From assembly GCA_046563655.1 (NCBI GenBank), contig JAJCTO010000014.1, forward strand, positions 186,001-250,000: a stretch of DNA of 64,000 bases, given 5' to 3'. Within the stretch, counting starts at the first letter, position 1. Each line of letters starts with the position of its first letter. The notes below the pieces were generated by a model that made no database searches, was not told the DNA's origin, and worked only from the letters and a program-made list of their open reading frames with translations. Both the position numbers and the translations under genes were made by a program. The stretch is from Yuukianura sp. NJ FZ-2021. Taxonomy: Eukaryota. Below, piece by piece: positions 27,229 to 40,000 of the stretch.

Positions 27229-27618
27229 CAGTGTTGCTGGATGCTTAAACGTGCAGTGGCTTAATTGCCAGTTCCACTGGATATCCAGTGGAAGAAATGG
27301 GGTCCTACTGGACGGTGGATGGAAGAAATCAGCTGAGTTCAAAAACTCAGCACAAATTTCAAATAAATTTTAAATAATTTTATGGAATAATTTAATTAAT
27401 TATTTATACCACGTTTGATTGATTGGTTTTGTTATTAGAAGTGACTATAGCACGATTTAGAGTTATTTTTATAGTGTTTTTGACCTGTTTCCACTTTTTA
27501 TTTTTAAATCATTCAGACCGTGCGGGCAAAGCTCCGCCCTTTGGATTCACCCATTTCGTCCCATTTCTTTTACTGGATATCCAGCCGCGGACGCAATGTT
27601 GGAAAGTGGATATCCATC
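27229..27618. mobile_element. Truncated copy of the hAT MITE at 41158-41556, with related fragments to about 28400
   Basis: Clear homology from CAGTGTTGCTGGATGCTTAAACG to GTGGATATCCA; right TIR lost. Confidence 0.8.
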
Positions 27619-29278
27619 GTATTGACATAACTTTTAACCTAATAAGCCATGGTGTAACTACCTGCTTGCAGGATACCATTCGGTCAAATAAATCAATCAA
27701 TCAATCAGAAACAGTGGTTTAAGCTAAAACGATATTACAATTTCCCTTTGCTTTTGGGAATTAACTGCTGCTGAAATAATGAGTAATTAAATCAATAGAA
27801 ATCTCCACTGCTATTCTTGAGAGCTATCCTTGCTTTGCATACTGTATTTGAATCTTTTCCGTTTTTTAATTTCAGATTAATTAATTAAGCCCACCTCTTT
27901 GGCTTCTTCATTTGGTCCATTTTTTCCATTTTTATCCAGCTTTGGATAAAATGTTTGAAAGGTGGATACCAAGCATTATTTTTCGATGGAAGGAAAGTAG
28001 GAGATGAGCCTACAATTCAAACAAATAGATGCTGATGACAGATAACAAACCAACGAAAGAAATGTTTTATAATTTCGCAAATTAATATATTTAAATTTAA
28101 ATTTAAACACTTTCAGAACTTCCCTAAAGTTTGAATTCCTAGTTTTAGTTGTAGTGGATGATAGTACTTTTTCCGGTGATGTGGTATTGCTTGATATCCA
28201 TTTTTTCGACATTTCATCCAGGGTTGGATATCAAGCGGACGAAAGTGGCATTCCAACCATTTTCAACGGATAAGTGGCATTCCAGCCACTTTCAGCGGAT
28301 AAAAGTGGTTTTCCAACCAATAACAGCGGATAAAAGTGACATTCTAAACACTTTCCTCGGATGAAAGTGGCATTCTAGCCACTTTCAACGGCTGAAAGTT
28401 ATTTGAAATTTTAATGATATTGTAATTTTTCTGTCAATGTTTACTTGCTAAAAATTTTCGTCCGGGTGGCACAATTGCTCGGGATGAAATAAAGTGCAAT
28501 CGGCGCTCAATCTGCTGAATCAACAATACTGTCGCTACTTCGTTATGTCTTCAAAAGATGGTTTTAAAAAAAATCAGCGGCACAATTTTGCGTAGTGATT
28601 CGCTGGTTTCTTGGAACTTTCGTAAGTTCAAAAACCGATTCATTTCTTGGCGATTAGTTAGGTACGGACATTACACTATTTACATTAGTATCACTTATCA
28701 CATTACAAAATACTTTTATAAAACGCCACTACACGAAAGCGTTACGGTTTGATGCCAAATTACTCAATATTCTGCGTTAAAATTGACAAGACGTACACTT
28801 CTTTTTTGAACTTGAGCAAAACAATTTTCAGTGCCGACTTTTAACGATTTTTGTTTACTTTTTTGGTTTCCACAGAAAGAAAATTTTCAAAATCTGAGTT
28901 GTGTTGTTTTACGTCGGAACGCTACAATTCATCAAGCTCAAGTTTGGTTTTTCTTTTGCGCTTAAAAAGAATCTTCATTCCAAACTGTCAGCTTAGGAAT
29001 GTCTTCTAATCACAACCAACCAAACATTCCGTCAAACTCTCACAAAAACAGGAACTTCTCTTAATCCAAATTTTTTCGCTGTTCAACTGTTCATTTTGCC
29101 TCTCCCCCACCAATTCCACTTTTTAAAACAAACTCATTCAAACATGTCTCAAAATTTGAAAAAACAGAAGTGGTCCAGAATGAGGAAGAAGAAGGGTGAA
29201 CATGATGACCTCCTCTAACACATCATCATTTCAAACTTTTTGAAATTTCAGTTCCACTTTCCCCCGCCACAAAAATTT

Positions 29279-29484
29279 TGTGCCGGCGGGATGCCCTGTG
29301 ACCTGAGATGCTAAGTGCTGGTGAGCCGACGAAAGGAAGTGGACGACGAGAGAGAAACAACCAAGAGAGATGAGAAACCAACGGATGGTTTATTGAGACT
29401 AAAGTGAGTGTGTGTATGTATGAATGCAATAGCCTATCATAGCCTATGGGGGTGAGTGGGGTGCTGTGTATGGGGTGTGGTACA
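29279..29484 (-). repeat. 3' LTR of the outer gypsy element
   Basis: Near-identical to 44220-44428 (few substitutions, one short divergent segment near the U5 end). Confidence 0.85.
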
Positions 29485-29663
29485 CATTGGGGGGCTGAAA
29501 AAAGGGGGTCCTCCGGGGGGGGGGTGTATGTCCAAAATCCGGGGGATGGTGCAAAGAAAATCCAAGAAAATCCAATGTACAAGGCCGGTCATCATCATCT
29601 AATCAGGAACAAGAGCACCATCCGGTGTCGGTTTTGTGTTTAATTTCGGCGGTGTCGCCTCCG

Positions 29664-31445
29664 CTAATTCTCCTCCCATTTTTCACTCTTTTTGGATTTG
29701 GCAAGAAAATATTCGGGATATTGTTCCATAACTTTCCGTTTTCTAATTTGCATGTTTCTCATGAAGCGTGAATCTTTCTTCAAATAAAGTTGACGGTCTC
29801 TGCAGTCACTCCGGACATGATTTGGTCGATAACAGATAAAGCAATATGGTGGAAGTTTTGAATTTGGAGTAGAAATGGTGGACTTCGAAGTTGAAAGAAC
29901 CGATTTATGACGCTTTGAGATGACAAATACTGGCTTCGTTTGGGTTTCAATTGAGCGATACACCGTTTCTTCGATGTAGCATTCAACTTCCATTTCTGAT
30001 TCATCGAGATCCGTCTGCGTTTCGGCAAATTTCCTCAATGTAATCTTGGGAGCTGGAGGAGGTTGACGCGGAGTTGATGTAGATGGGGTTGGTTCCAGAA
30101 ACGTTGAAATGTTGTCATCATCATCAGAAATTGTCAGTAAATCGAGCTCCTCTAGAGCGGTAAGTTCTTTGAAGCAGCGTTTGACTGTTTGCTGTGGAGT
30201 TGGAGTGGTTTCTTCGTTGTCTGAATCAATTTCAACCAAAATTGGAGGCGGATCAGGGCGAGGAGTGACTTTGATCAATTTTTTCGGCTTGGAGATGACT
30301 TTGAGAATTTCTAGAACATCTTGACAGAAGTGCTTTTGGAAGAAGTATGAATTGCTTGGCATGAAACCTAGAAGATCTTTCTCAGACTTAATCTTTTCTT
30401 TGTTGAGGCAAATAGTCATCAGTCTTGATGTTTCGCAAATCAGAGTTGGAGGTAAATCAAGTCTTTGAGCGGTCTCATCCCTTTTTTGGAACAATTTGGT
30501 GAAGTTTAGTCGGTCTTCAGCGGAACCAATGAATTTTCTCTTGACTTCTTCAAGATTCTCCAGTTTTGGAAGATGAAAAGAGGGTAAAATCTGATGAGGT
30601 CGTTCCAGTGATGCAATCCAAAAGTCTGATTTCAGCTTATGCATGACGTGACTTCCATACAACTTCTTGAGCTGGTTCCAAATTTTTAGCACAATGTGGG
30701 AATCAGTACGAGCGTATTCAATTTGTTCTGCCGTCAAAGGCCTCTGAGTCCAATTGGATGTCTGAAACTGATTTTTGTCTGGTAGTTGGATGTCAGGAAA
30801 GTAATGAGTAGCGATTTCAGTAAGAGATGCCTGTTTCTTGATGACTTTGGATGGTGGTTGTCCTTCTGCCTGATCTTTCCAACTTAAAAGTTCAATTTGG
30901 TAATTCCCCGTTAAATTGTAGTGAGCCTTTTGAACATCAACCACTGGGAAGGGAAATATCTCGAAATACAGATGGAATTTCGCCAGATCTTGTTGCGGTG
31001 CATGGAATATCTTCAGAATTTCCGGTTCTTCCAAGACAGATTTGAGTTCGGCGATGTGTTTGGCAAAGAGGAAAGGGCAGAGAATGTAGTCTTGACGGTT
31101 GGTTGAGAATTGTAGTAAAGCCGGGTAACTTGAGCCGAAATAGGAATTGTCTGACTTGAATTTAGTGCCAATCTTGGTTCCCGAAAATTCCATGTCAACT
31201 GCAAATGCGTCTTGACCCTCTAGGTCGCTTCTCATCATATTAAACTCTTCTAGAGTGGAAATTAATTTGACTGGAGTAGAGCTTCGGGTGTCGGACGTCC
31301 CATCACGATCTCGTAACTCGGCACGACGTGGGCAAAGAACAAATTTCTTTCCATCCTCATAAAATGGATGAACTTTCGTCCGGTTCAACTTTTTGTTCCG
31401 ATTGAGAACTGTTTCATGATATTCCCGGTAGTAGTAACTTTGCAT
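29664..31445 (-). CDS. Retrotransposon-borne Rrp6/RNase D-like DEDDy 3'-5' exonuclease + HRDC domain + C-terminal CCHC zinc knuckle (593 aa, intronless)
   Basis: ExoI FAVDMEF, LLQFST..QDYI, ExoII KIFHAPQQD, ExoIII WTQRPLTAEQIEYARTDSH; HRDC-like LFQKRDETAQRLDLPPTLI; CFICYRPNHVRSDC. Confidence 0.9.
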   Translation of the reverse strand: MQSYYYREYHETVLNRNKKLNRTKVHPFYEDGKKFVLCPRRAELRDRDGTSDTRSSTPVKLISTLEEFNMMRSDLEGQDAFAVDMEFSGTKIGTKFKSDNSYFGSSYPALLQFSTNRQDYILCPFLFAKHIAELKSVLEEPEILKIFHAPQQDLAKFHLYFEIFPFPVVDVQKAHYNLTGNYQIELLSWKDQAEGQPPSKVIKKQASLTEIATHYFPDIQLPDKNQFQTSNWTQRPLTAEQIEYARTDSHIVLKIWNQLKKLYGSHVMHKLKSDFWIASLERPHQILPSFHLPKLENLEEVKRKFIGSAEDRLNFTKLFQKRDETAQRLDLPPTLICETSRLMTICLNKEKIKSEKDLLGFMPSNSYFFQKHFCQDVLEILKVISKPKKLIKVTPRPDPPPILVEIDSDNEETTPTPQQTVKRCFKELTALEELDLLTISDDDDNISTFLEPTPSTSTPRQPPPAPKITLRKFAETQTDLDESEMEVECYIEETVYRSIETQTKPVFVISKRHKSVLSTSKSTISTPNSKLPPYCFICYRPNHVRSDCRDRQLYLKKDSRFMRNMQIRKRKVMEQYPEYFLAKSKKSEKWEEN

Positions 31446-31458
31446 CGGGCGGATCGTT

Positions 31459-31472
31459 CTGGAAATGGTTAG
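31459..31472 (-). promoter_or_regulatory. Putative branch point and 3' splice acceptor serving ORF3
   Basis: Minus strand CTAACCATTTCCAG lies 13 nt upstream of the ORF3 ATG; a second candidate acceptor (TTGATTACAG) is ~50 nt further upstream. Confidence 0.55.
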
Positions 31473-32218
31473 TTTCCTTTTAAGGCTCTGGTCTCGATTA
31501 GAATTTATCTGTAATCAACAAAATTGAAGATTTTAGTGATTTTTTATGATCTTTGGTGTTCAATTCCACCTCAAGTGGTTCACATACATCATAATACTCT
31601 TGAAAGTCAAAGAGATTCCCGTATTTGTTTTCAAATTTGACAACTAACGCTTTGTTTTAAAACCCGCTAAAGTACGGTAATTTATGCGCGACTTTTGTCG
31701 AAGATTTCTTTGATTGCCGATTTCTGATTGTAAGTCATTTGAATTTACGGTAGGACTTTCGTCTGAGGTACTGGGCTCTTCTTGAGCATTAATATTCGTC
31801 TGTTGTCTAGCAACATAATGTTTAATTTGATGCAGTGTATTTGCGCTTTTCAGCGCACTTCTCAACTTCCCCGTAAGTTAAGTTTTGTGTCCAGAGTGGC
31901 GGTTACTTTTAAGTCACCACCACTCTCTCTAAAACACATAGTTTTGGCACTCAATGTTTGAGTGCCGCTCAGCACACACTTAATTTAGTATTAAGGTTTT
32001 CATTAAATAAATCACTTCATTTATTTAAATCGGAATACACCACATTTGGCGTGGCTAGCGAAAACAACGATTCGACATCGTCACAGCAACAACAACACAA
32101 CTGGATAACGGTAATCGTCAACAACTTGGGCACGGTAAATCGGAATTGCCTATCCCCATAAAGTTACATTATCTAATCATTGTGAGCTTGCATAACTGAT
32201 TAAAATCTGAGGAACAGC

Positions 32219-35200
32219 ATGTCGTCTAGTAGCTCCTCTAAACCGAACGTCACTCCGACCCAGTTCGTAAACGTCATCGGTTCGGTTCCGTCCTTTGATC
32301 AGGACAAAGATGACTTCGACGACTGGACCGATCTTTTCAAGTTCTTTCTACTGTCGAACGGTATCGACGAAAAGGAACAAGAGACGAGATGCAAAGCAGT
32401 CTTCTGTTCGTCTCTAGGGATGCGTACTTACACGCTCCTTAAGGATCTTCTCTCTCCTGAGGATCCTACGTCCAAGTCACTTCAAGTGTTAATCGACACG
32501 TTGTCGAAACACTTCAAACCTTCACCTAAGGTAATTTCTGAACGTTTTAAGTTTGGAAAGAGGGTACAGCAACATGGTGAGTCCGTTGCTGAGTTTTTAG
32601 CAGAACTAAGAAAATTGGCTACGACATGCAAATTCACTTGTTGTCTCGATACTCGCCTCCGTGACCAGTTTATGTTAGGATTAGGCAATGCTGCTGCACA
32701 GAAACAACTGTTTACCAAGGAGGATGACATTTCGCTTGCTGACGTGCTCTCCCTTGCCCAATCACACGAACTTGCGATTAAGTCGCAACAGCTGATTCGC
32801 GATGGGAAATCGGATCAGAAGGAGGAGAACGTAAACGCTGTTTTCAACGGAAGGGTGGTAAAGGTCAATGGAAAAATAAGTCAAAACCGAAACCTAACAA
32901 TGTTCCACAGGAAAATCAAGGTCAGAAGAAGAACTGTCCAAATTGTGGCTCCAGTAAGCACTCTACCGCCAAGGACTGTGACAAGAAGGATGTTGAATGT
33001 CACTCATGTGGAAAAAAGGGTCACTACGCAAAATTCTGCAGGTCAAAGGGCAAGTCAGTCTCTGCCCAACGTGACAATTCTGGACATGGGAAAGTTTCAA
33101 ACATCTCGTCTGTCAATCATGTCCACTATGGTAAACGTAAGGAACTGTGCGTAAGTCTAATTGTCAATGGTGTTCCACATTCCTTTGAATTAGACACAGG
33201 CTGTGAACACAGTCTCCTTTCCGAGGATTTTTGGAAATCCCTCGGTTCTCCGACCTTGAAAAAGTCAACACTCGTCTTCAAGGGATATCCTGACGTGACG
33301 TTTCGACCAAAGGGTGAGTTACCTACGACAGTCTCGTACAATGGTCAAAATGTGTCACACCAGTTTCCAGTGACAACTGGTTCATCTCTGCTGGGTCATG
33401 ACCTCATGCAGAAGGTAAAACTGAATTGGGTTGAAATTGGCAAAAACTTGCCTCATTGTAACCTTGTGCAAAATTTAACGTTGGAAGGTGTGCTAACTGA
33501 ATTTTCTCAGGTTTTTGGCAATCCAACTGGGTCAGTCACGGACTTCCGTGCAAAAATTGTACTCAAAGAGGACGCTCAACCGAGGTTCCTCAAAGCACGT
33601 CCAATTCCGTTCGCACTCAGGTCAAAGGTCGACGAACAATTGGATCTCATGGTGAGTCAAGGAGTATTGACAAAAGTTGAGCATTCTGACTGGGCATCAC
33701 CTCTAGTTTGCGTTCTAAAGCCCAATGGTAAAGTCAGAATTACAGGGGATTTCAAAAACACTGTTAACTGTCAACTGAACATTAATCAGTATCCCATTGC
33801 TCGTACTGAGGATTTGTTTAATTTGCTTTCTGGTGGACAGAAGTTTTCAAAATTGGATGGCCCTGACGCCTTCCACCAAATCCCAGTAGACGAAAGTTGC
33901 AGAAAGTACTTGGTAGTCAACACCCACAAGGGGTTATACCAGTACAACGTCCTTCCACAGGGCATTTTGTCATCGCCTTCAATTTTCCAAGAATTCATGG
34001 ATGGGCTCTTGACTGGAATTCCAAAATCCGGGGCGTACATGGATGACGTCATATGTACTGGACATGACGACCACGCCCACCTCAACACCCTACGTCTCAT
34101 TCTGTCGCGGATGAGAGACCGCAACTTTTTTCTGAAGAGGGAAAAATGTGAGTTTATGCGGGAAAATGTTGATTTTGTTGGTTTTAGGTTGACGTCAGAT
34201 GGAATAAGCGCATCTCCTAAATTGGTTGAATCGATTCTCGAGATGCCCCAGCCGACCAACAAAAAGGAAATGAGTTCATTTTTGGGTTTGGTTAATTTTT
34301 ATCGTGGTTTTGTACCCAGTTTTGCAGAATTTTCAGCACCACTCTACAAATTGACGCACGATGACGTAGACTGGAAGTGGACAAACCAACACACGAAAAT
34401 TTTCAATCAAATCAAGCGGAAACTGTCCTCTACGGAAGTTCTCACTCTCTACAATCAGGATTTGCCCCTTGGGATATCCTGCGACGCTTCAGGTATTGGT
34501 CTCGGGGTGGTACTATTCCACAGAATGGCGGATGGTAAGGAAAAGCCAATTGCGTATGCGTCAAAAATCCTTACCAAAACTGAACAAAAATATTCTCAAA
34601 TTGAAAAAGAGGCATTATCAATTGTGTTTGGGTGCAAGAAATTTTACAAGTATCTTTTAGGCCGCCACTTCACCCTAGTAACCGACCACAAGCCTCTCGT
34701 GCACATTTTTGGCAAAAATAAGGCACTTCCGTCCTTCGCTGCGATTCGTGTTCATCGCTGGAGTCTGTTTCTACAACAGTTCTCTTACGACGTACACTAC
34801 AGGAAGACGACGGAACATGGGAACGCAGACGCCCTTTCACGCTTCCCAACTTCTGGTCATGACGTGACTTTTGACGACGACGACGAAGGACTTGTCAACG
34901 CAGTCAAAGTCGCAACCGAATCCGTCACCGTCACCTCTGCAGAAATCCAGAGGTATGCGAAAAAAGATAAAATTTTGTCGCAGGTTTTTAGGTACATTCG
35001 TGACGGTTGGCCAGACAAAGTGGACAAGAACGACCCCGTGTACCCATACTTTCTACGGAAGGAAGAGTTGACAATTGCCAGTAACGTTGTCCTATGGGGT
35101 ATCCGGGTACTCATTCCAGAAAAATTGAGAGAGCAACTCCTCCAGGAACTTCACTCTGCTCACACTGGAATTGTCAAGATGAAGTCTCTTGCTCGAGAAT

Positions 35201-37036
35201 TTTTCTGGTGGCCAAAACTGGACAGTGACATTGAGCAAGTCACGAAGCGTTGTACCCACTGCCGTGAGTCAGCCAAGGATCCACCACCAGCTGAGCTTCA
35301 TCCTTGGGAGTTTCCCCAAAAGCCGTGGCACCGTCTCCACGCAGATCTGGCCGGTCCATTCAAAGGTAAAATGTGGCTACTGATCGTAGACGCACATAGT
35401 AAGTGGCCAGAAGTGTTTTGCCTTAACTCTAATTCCACATCTCAGGCTCTAATTACCAAATTCCGTGAGTGTTTTGTCCGTTTTGGTATCCCAAGACAGG
35501 TGGTTACGGACAACGGACGCCAGTTCACTTCAACCGAATTTGTACAATTCTTGAAGTCGAACGGCGTAAAACATACGACAAGTTCAGTTTACCATCCTAG
35601 GTCCAATGGCGAGGCGGAGAACTTCGTCAACACCTTCAAAAAGTCAATTGAAAGTAAGGGTGATTTGGATTATTTGGTGCAAACTTTTTTATTCCAATAC
35701 AGAATCACTCCTCACATCACCACTGGAGTCGCACCCTGTGAGCTACTCCAAGGTCGCCGTCTCCGATCTTTATTTGATTTGTTACGTCCTGACGTGTCTC
35801 ATCAGGAACGACAGAAATCAAATTTCGACAAAGGAGCGAGACACCGCGAGTTCCAAATTGGTCAACGGGTTTGGTTCAAATCGTACAAAAAAGATTATCC
35901 AAAATGGTCATTAGGTGAAATTGTGGAATTCAAAGGTCCTGTAACTGTTGTTGTCCAGTTTGAGACTAGTAGGTACCGTCGTCACCAGGACCAATTACTC
36001 GACGCACGGACCTCTCCGTTTTCGTTTCAAAATTCGGAGGAGGAGGAAGTGGCACTGAACACTGCAAATCCAAAGCCAGTGTCACCACCAACCGCAAAGT
36101 CAACTCCAACGCCTAGTCGAACTCCAAATACGCCAGCCAAAGTCCCGTCTCCGCACTCGTTTGCTCCTATTTTGACTCCGCATCTTTGTTGGAGCGTTTT
36201 CAGGGTTTCTGAGTCGTCTCAGGCAAATTTCTATGTTCCCTATGTTAATTTTAGTCTTTCTAAAAAGTAAGGTTAAGTTAGTCTTTCATTTGTTTACACG
36301 TGTCGGTTTCTTTAGTTTCAATTTACATTTTGTGTCTTTTCCTAGAAACTGTCATTTCAATTGGGGTGGATTTACGACCCAACCCAAACCGTCTATTCTT
36401 ACTTCTGACCAGGTCAGCCCTTGAGGTCGACCTCTACTCTATAAATTCCCTTCATCTGCCATTCTCGGCAGGACAGTCTTTCATTAGTCTTCTCTCTTTC
36501 AACTAGTCACTGTCTTCATGTGTCCGTTGACCTCTGCGGAGTCAACTCTCTTGTGTCCGTCGTTGCTCTACTATAGAGACGACTCTACCTTTCCTTTGTG
36601 TGTGGTATCCTCTACTATTGTCTTTACTCCAACAGGAGTTAGTTCATTGTTTCAATAAACCAGTAAAGCCAACCATCTACTTGGGGTCACAGCAAAGGTC
36701 AAAGGCATTCATTTGTGTACAGTGGGTCTGATACAATACAACAGTATTCGGGTCGACCCAGTTGTGCTTCTCTCTTAGTTTCCGTCCATTCATGAATCCT
36801 GGGTGTTTACAGTCCGCCCAGCACTGAACAAGAGCAAACTACTCTTCAATCTTCCTACGGAGTACTCAAACGCTGATTCCGAACCGTCATCGGAATACAA
36901 GTCCCCGGACGAGGACGACTACACTACACCGTCCCCAAATCAAAGTCCGTTTACTTCCCCGGAAGCAACTCCAGCCCCTGCGCCGACTCAACGTCGCCCG
37001 GTTCTTCCACGTGCCGCTAAAGGCAAGAAAAACTGA
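32219..37036 (+). pseudogene. gag-pol: gag-pol of the nested Mag-like element; frameshift near 32850 and a 625-bp insertion in the C-terminal tail
   Basis: Gag ERFKFGKRVQQHGESVAEF, two CCHC knuckles in the pol frame, FELDTGC (protease), AYMDDV (RT), CDASGIGLG (RNase H), HADLAGP/TDNG/SNGEAE (integrase). Confidence 0.9.
36187..36811 (+). mobile_element. Solo-LTR-like insertion without a TSD
   Basis: TGTT...TACA ends, TATAAAT and AATAAA inside; removal rejoins ILTPHL-VRPALNK in frame. Confidence 0.6.
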
Positions 37037-40000
37037 AATGTAACGGTTTAGTGTATATAGTTTCTAAGGTTAAGTTAAGGTTCCCAACTACTAGTTGTAA
37101 CCTCCTCTTGAGGAAAGGTCACTTCCCTTCCCTCACCTTAACCTTCTTCACCCCCTCAGCGGATGGTCCAGCAAAACCTCGGTGCTGCTGGAGGCCTCGT
37201 CCACCTCCACGTCAAAGCAGTGGTTCCCACCGGGTACCAAGATGCTGGGGTCCCTTCCTTCTCTTTCCTTTTCCAAAACGTTTTGGAAAGTGACTTTTCC
37301 TAGAGGGGAAGGAAATGCAGTGTATTTGCGCTTTTCAGCGCACTTCTCAACTTCCCCGTAAGTTAAGTTTTGTGTCCAGAGTGGCGGTTACTTTTAAGTC
37401 ACCACCACTCTCTCTAAAACACATAGTTTTGGCACTCAATGTTTGAGTGCCGCTCAGCACACACTTAGATTTAGTTTTAAGTATTGATTAAATAAATCAC
37501 TTCATTTATTTAAATTCGCAATACACCACATTTGAGAAACATGTCTCTTTCCAATACTTTGTTTATCAACTGTCTGTAAAATGTCAACTGTCACATTAGA
37601 AAGTCGTTCTCCCAATTCATATGGGCCTTGCCATCTAGGCGCTAACTTTTCCATAAACCCAGACTCTTTGTCAGATTGAACATGGGATTTAACTAAGACT
37701 GAATGTCCTTTCTTGAAATTGTCTTGTATTCGACCTTTATCGTACTGTATTTTATTTTTCTCATGAGCTTTGTGAATATTTTCTCTTACAAATTGAACTA
37801 ACTCTTGTACCAATCTTGGTGTCTCTTTGAGTTCTTCAGAACTAACTTCTGGCTCTTCCAGAGCTAAATTTCTGTCGAATGGTAACTGGATTTCTCTCCC
37901 AAGATTTAATAAGGCTGGTGAAACTTTTGTAGTGTCATTCATCACGGTTCTGAGCGCTACGGCAAACTTCTGAATATTTTCTTCCCATTTATGGTGACTT
38001 GACTCCAAGTACGCTTGAAGCATTGCTTTTATGTTTCGATTTGTTCGTTCGGAATTATTGGCTTGAGCATGATACGGACTGATGAATTTGTGTTGAATAT
38101 TCCATTCAGAGCACAAGTTTTTGAGAATGTTTGAATCGAAGTATGTAGCATTGTCAGAGACGATTCTCTTTGGAGTGCCACACCGGCAAAATATATAATT
38201 TTCTAAAATGTCCGCAACTTTCTTCGCTGTGATTTCTGACGCAGGAAATAATTCAATCCATTTGGAAAGTTCGTCTAGAACGACAAGTAAATGTTTATTT
38301 TGTTTTCCTCCAGCACTCGTCGGCAGGGGTCCAATGAAATCAAAATGAATTGTAGAAAATACAGCCTTTGCTGGCTCTGCTAATTGCAGTAAACCGAATG
38401 GTTTATGATTATTTGATTTGGATCTTTGACAACGATCACATGACTTGACATAACTTGCAATTTCTTTGTTCATATTGTTCCAATAACATCTTTGTTTGAT
38501 TCTTTCGAGGGTTTTGGTTCTACCCAAGTGTCCCGCTTCTGGGGCATCATGAAAAATTTGTAAGATCCTTTGAGTCATTTGCTTTGGAATAACTGGAACA
38601 TAATAATCTTCTAGATTTTTTGCTTGTAGCTTTGTAGTTTTTGACCTTCTAAGTCTAAATTTTCAGCTGAAGTGCCTGTTTGTGCCGCGGTTTTGAAATG
38701 ATTGCAATCTGGTTGTAGACAGAGGGGAATATGACAAGTAGAGTCGCGAGCCTCTCTTGTTTTGGTAAGTGTTGGGTCCATCGATGGATTAGTAGTCATG
38801 CCCTTAAAGGGTTTAATTTTGATGAATAGGGTGTTTCTATCCATTTGGTAATTCTCCAAGCACCTTGGCCGAGATACTGAAGAATTCTGGAGCTGGTCAA
38901 TTATCTTGGAAAGATTTTCATCCTTCCGTTGCTCCTGGGCGATTTCATCTATTGTCGGAGTACAATAGACTAAGAGAAAACTCGGTAAATAGAGTGTTTC
39001 CCGGTCTTGGAACATATCGGGGTCTTCTGGACCTTCTGGGACACTAGCACGTGATAACGCGTCCGCCACCACGTTTTCGCATCCTTTGCGAAATCTGAGT
39101 TTCGCGTTCCACGATAAAATTTCCATTGCCCACTGCGTGAGTTTTGCTTTCTTGTTCTTCATACCTTTAAGGTATCGGACCGCTCGATTATCGGTTTCTA
39201 TGATGAAGGGGTGATCTTCTATGAATTCGCGGAATTTGTCGTATGCGAAAATAATAGCATAAAGCTCTTTTTCATAGATGTGTGCGCTTCTTTCTGACTG
39301 TTTCAAAGTCTTACTCACGAACATGATTGGTCTTTCCTTCCCTTCGTGTTCTTGAACAAGGGCTGCGCCTAAGCCAGTAGTTGAGGCGTCACATTGCATA
39401 ATCAGGGGTTTTGAATAGTCAATTGTTGTTAAAGTGACTGTATCGGAAATCGCGTCCTTGAGTAGTTGGAAGGACTGTTGTTGAGGGGTATCCCACTTCC
39501 ATTTCTTTCCTTTTCTGAGAAGTGTGTATAAATTTTCTGCTTTGATACTGTAGGTTTTGATGAAGCTGGAATACCAGCCACACATCCCAAGGAATCGGTA
39601 GAGTTCTTTCTTGTTAGATGGAGGTGGGTAGTTGGAAATTGCGACTTGTTTACTGGGTTGTTTTTGAATTCCATTTTGCGAAGCGACATATCCTAGACAT
39701 GGAACTTCATTCTTTGCGAAAATTGATTTCTCTCTTCCAATTGTGAGATTTGCTTCTCGTAGTCTCTCTAAGACGAGTTCGAGGTGTTTCATATGTTCCT
39801 CTAAATTTTTGGAGTAGATTAGGATATCGTCCATGAAAACTTTGACAAATTTGTCCACGTAACCGTGTAGAACGTTCCTCATGACTGCTTGGAATGTCTT
39901 TGGACTATTCTTAAGTCCCATGGGCATTACCAAAAATTCGTAATGTCCATCTTGTGTAATAAATGCTGTCTTCTCGATACTATCTTCATGCATCGGAATT

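Larger units (their letters stand above)
25405..28925. mobile_element. Non-autonomous TIR element with apparent AATT target duplication (Sola-like?), containing nested insertions
   Basis: TIR CGTTCCGACGTAAAACAACACAACTCA / TGAGTTGTGTTGTTTTACGTCGGAACG; AATT flanks both ends. Superfamily assignment is weak. Confidence 0.6.
31831..37530 (+). mobile_element. Nested Ty3/gypsy element (Mag-like, single gag-pol frame)
   Basis: LTRs 31831-32044 and 37316-37530 (TG...CA), 5-bp TSD TTTGA, PBS TGGCGTGGCTAGCG just after the 5' LTR, PPT AGAGGGGAAGGAAA before the 3' LTR. Confidence 0.95.

Noticed and set aside
14595..31445. Retroelement exonuclease derived from the neighbouring EXD1-like gene
   Set aside because: Motifs belong to different subfamilies (DCEG/EXD1 versus DME+HRDC/Rrp6) and no nucleotide similarity is visible.
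29664..31445. ORF3 as the host Rrp6/EXOSC10 gene or as env
   Set aside because: It is intronless in an intron-dense genome, lies inside LTRs, and shows no recognisable PMC2NT region, signal peptide or transmembrane segment.
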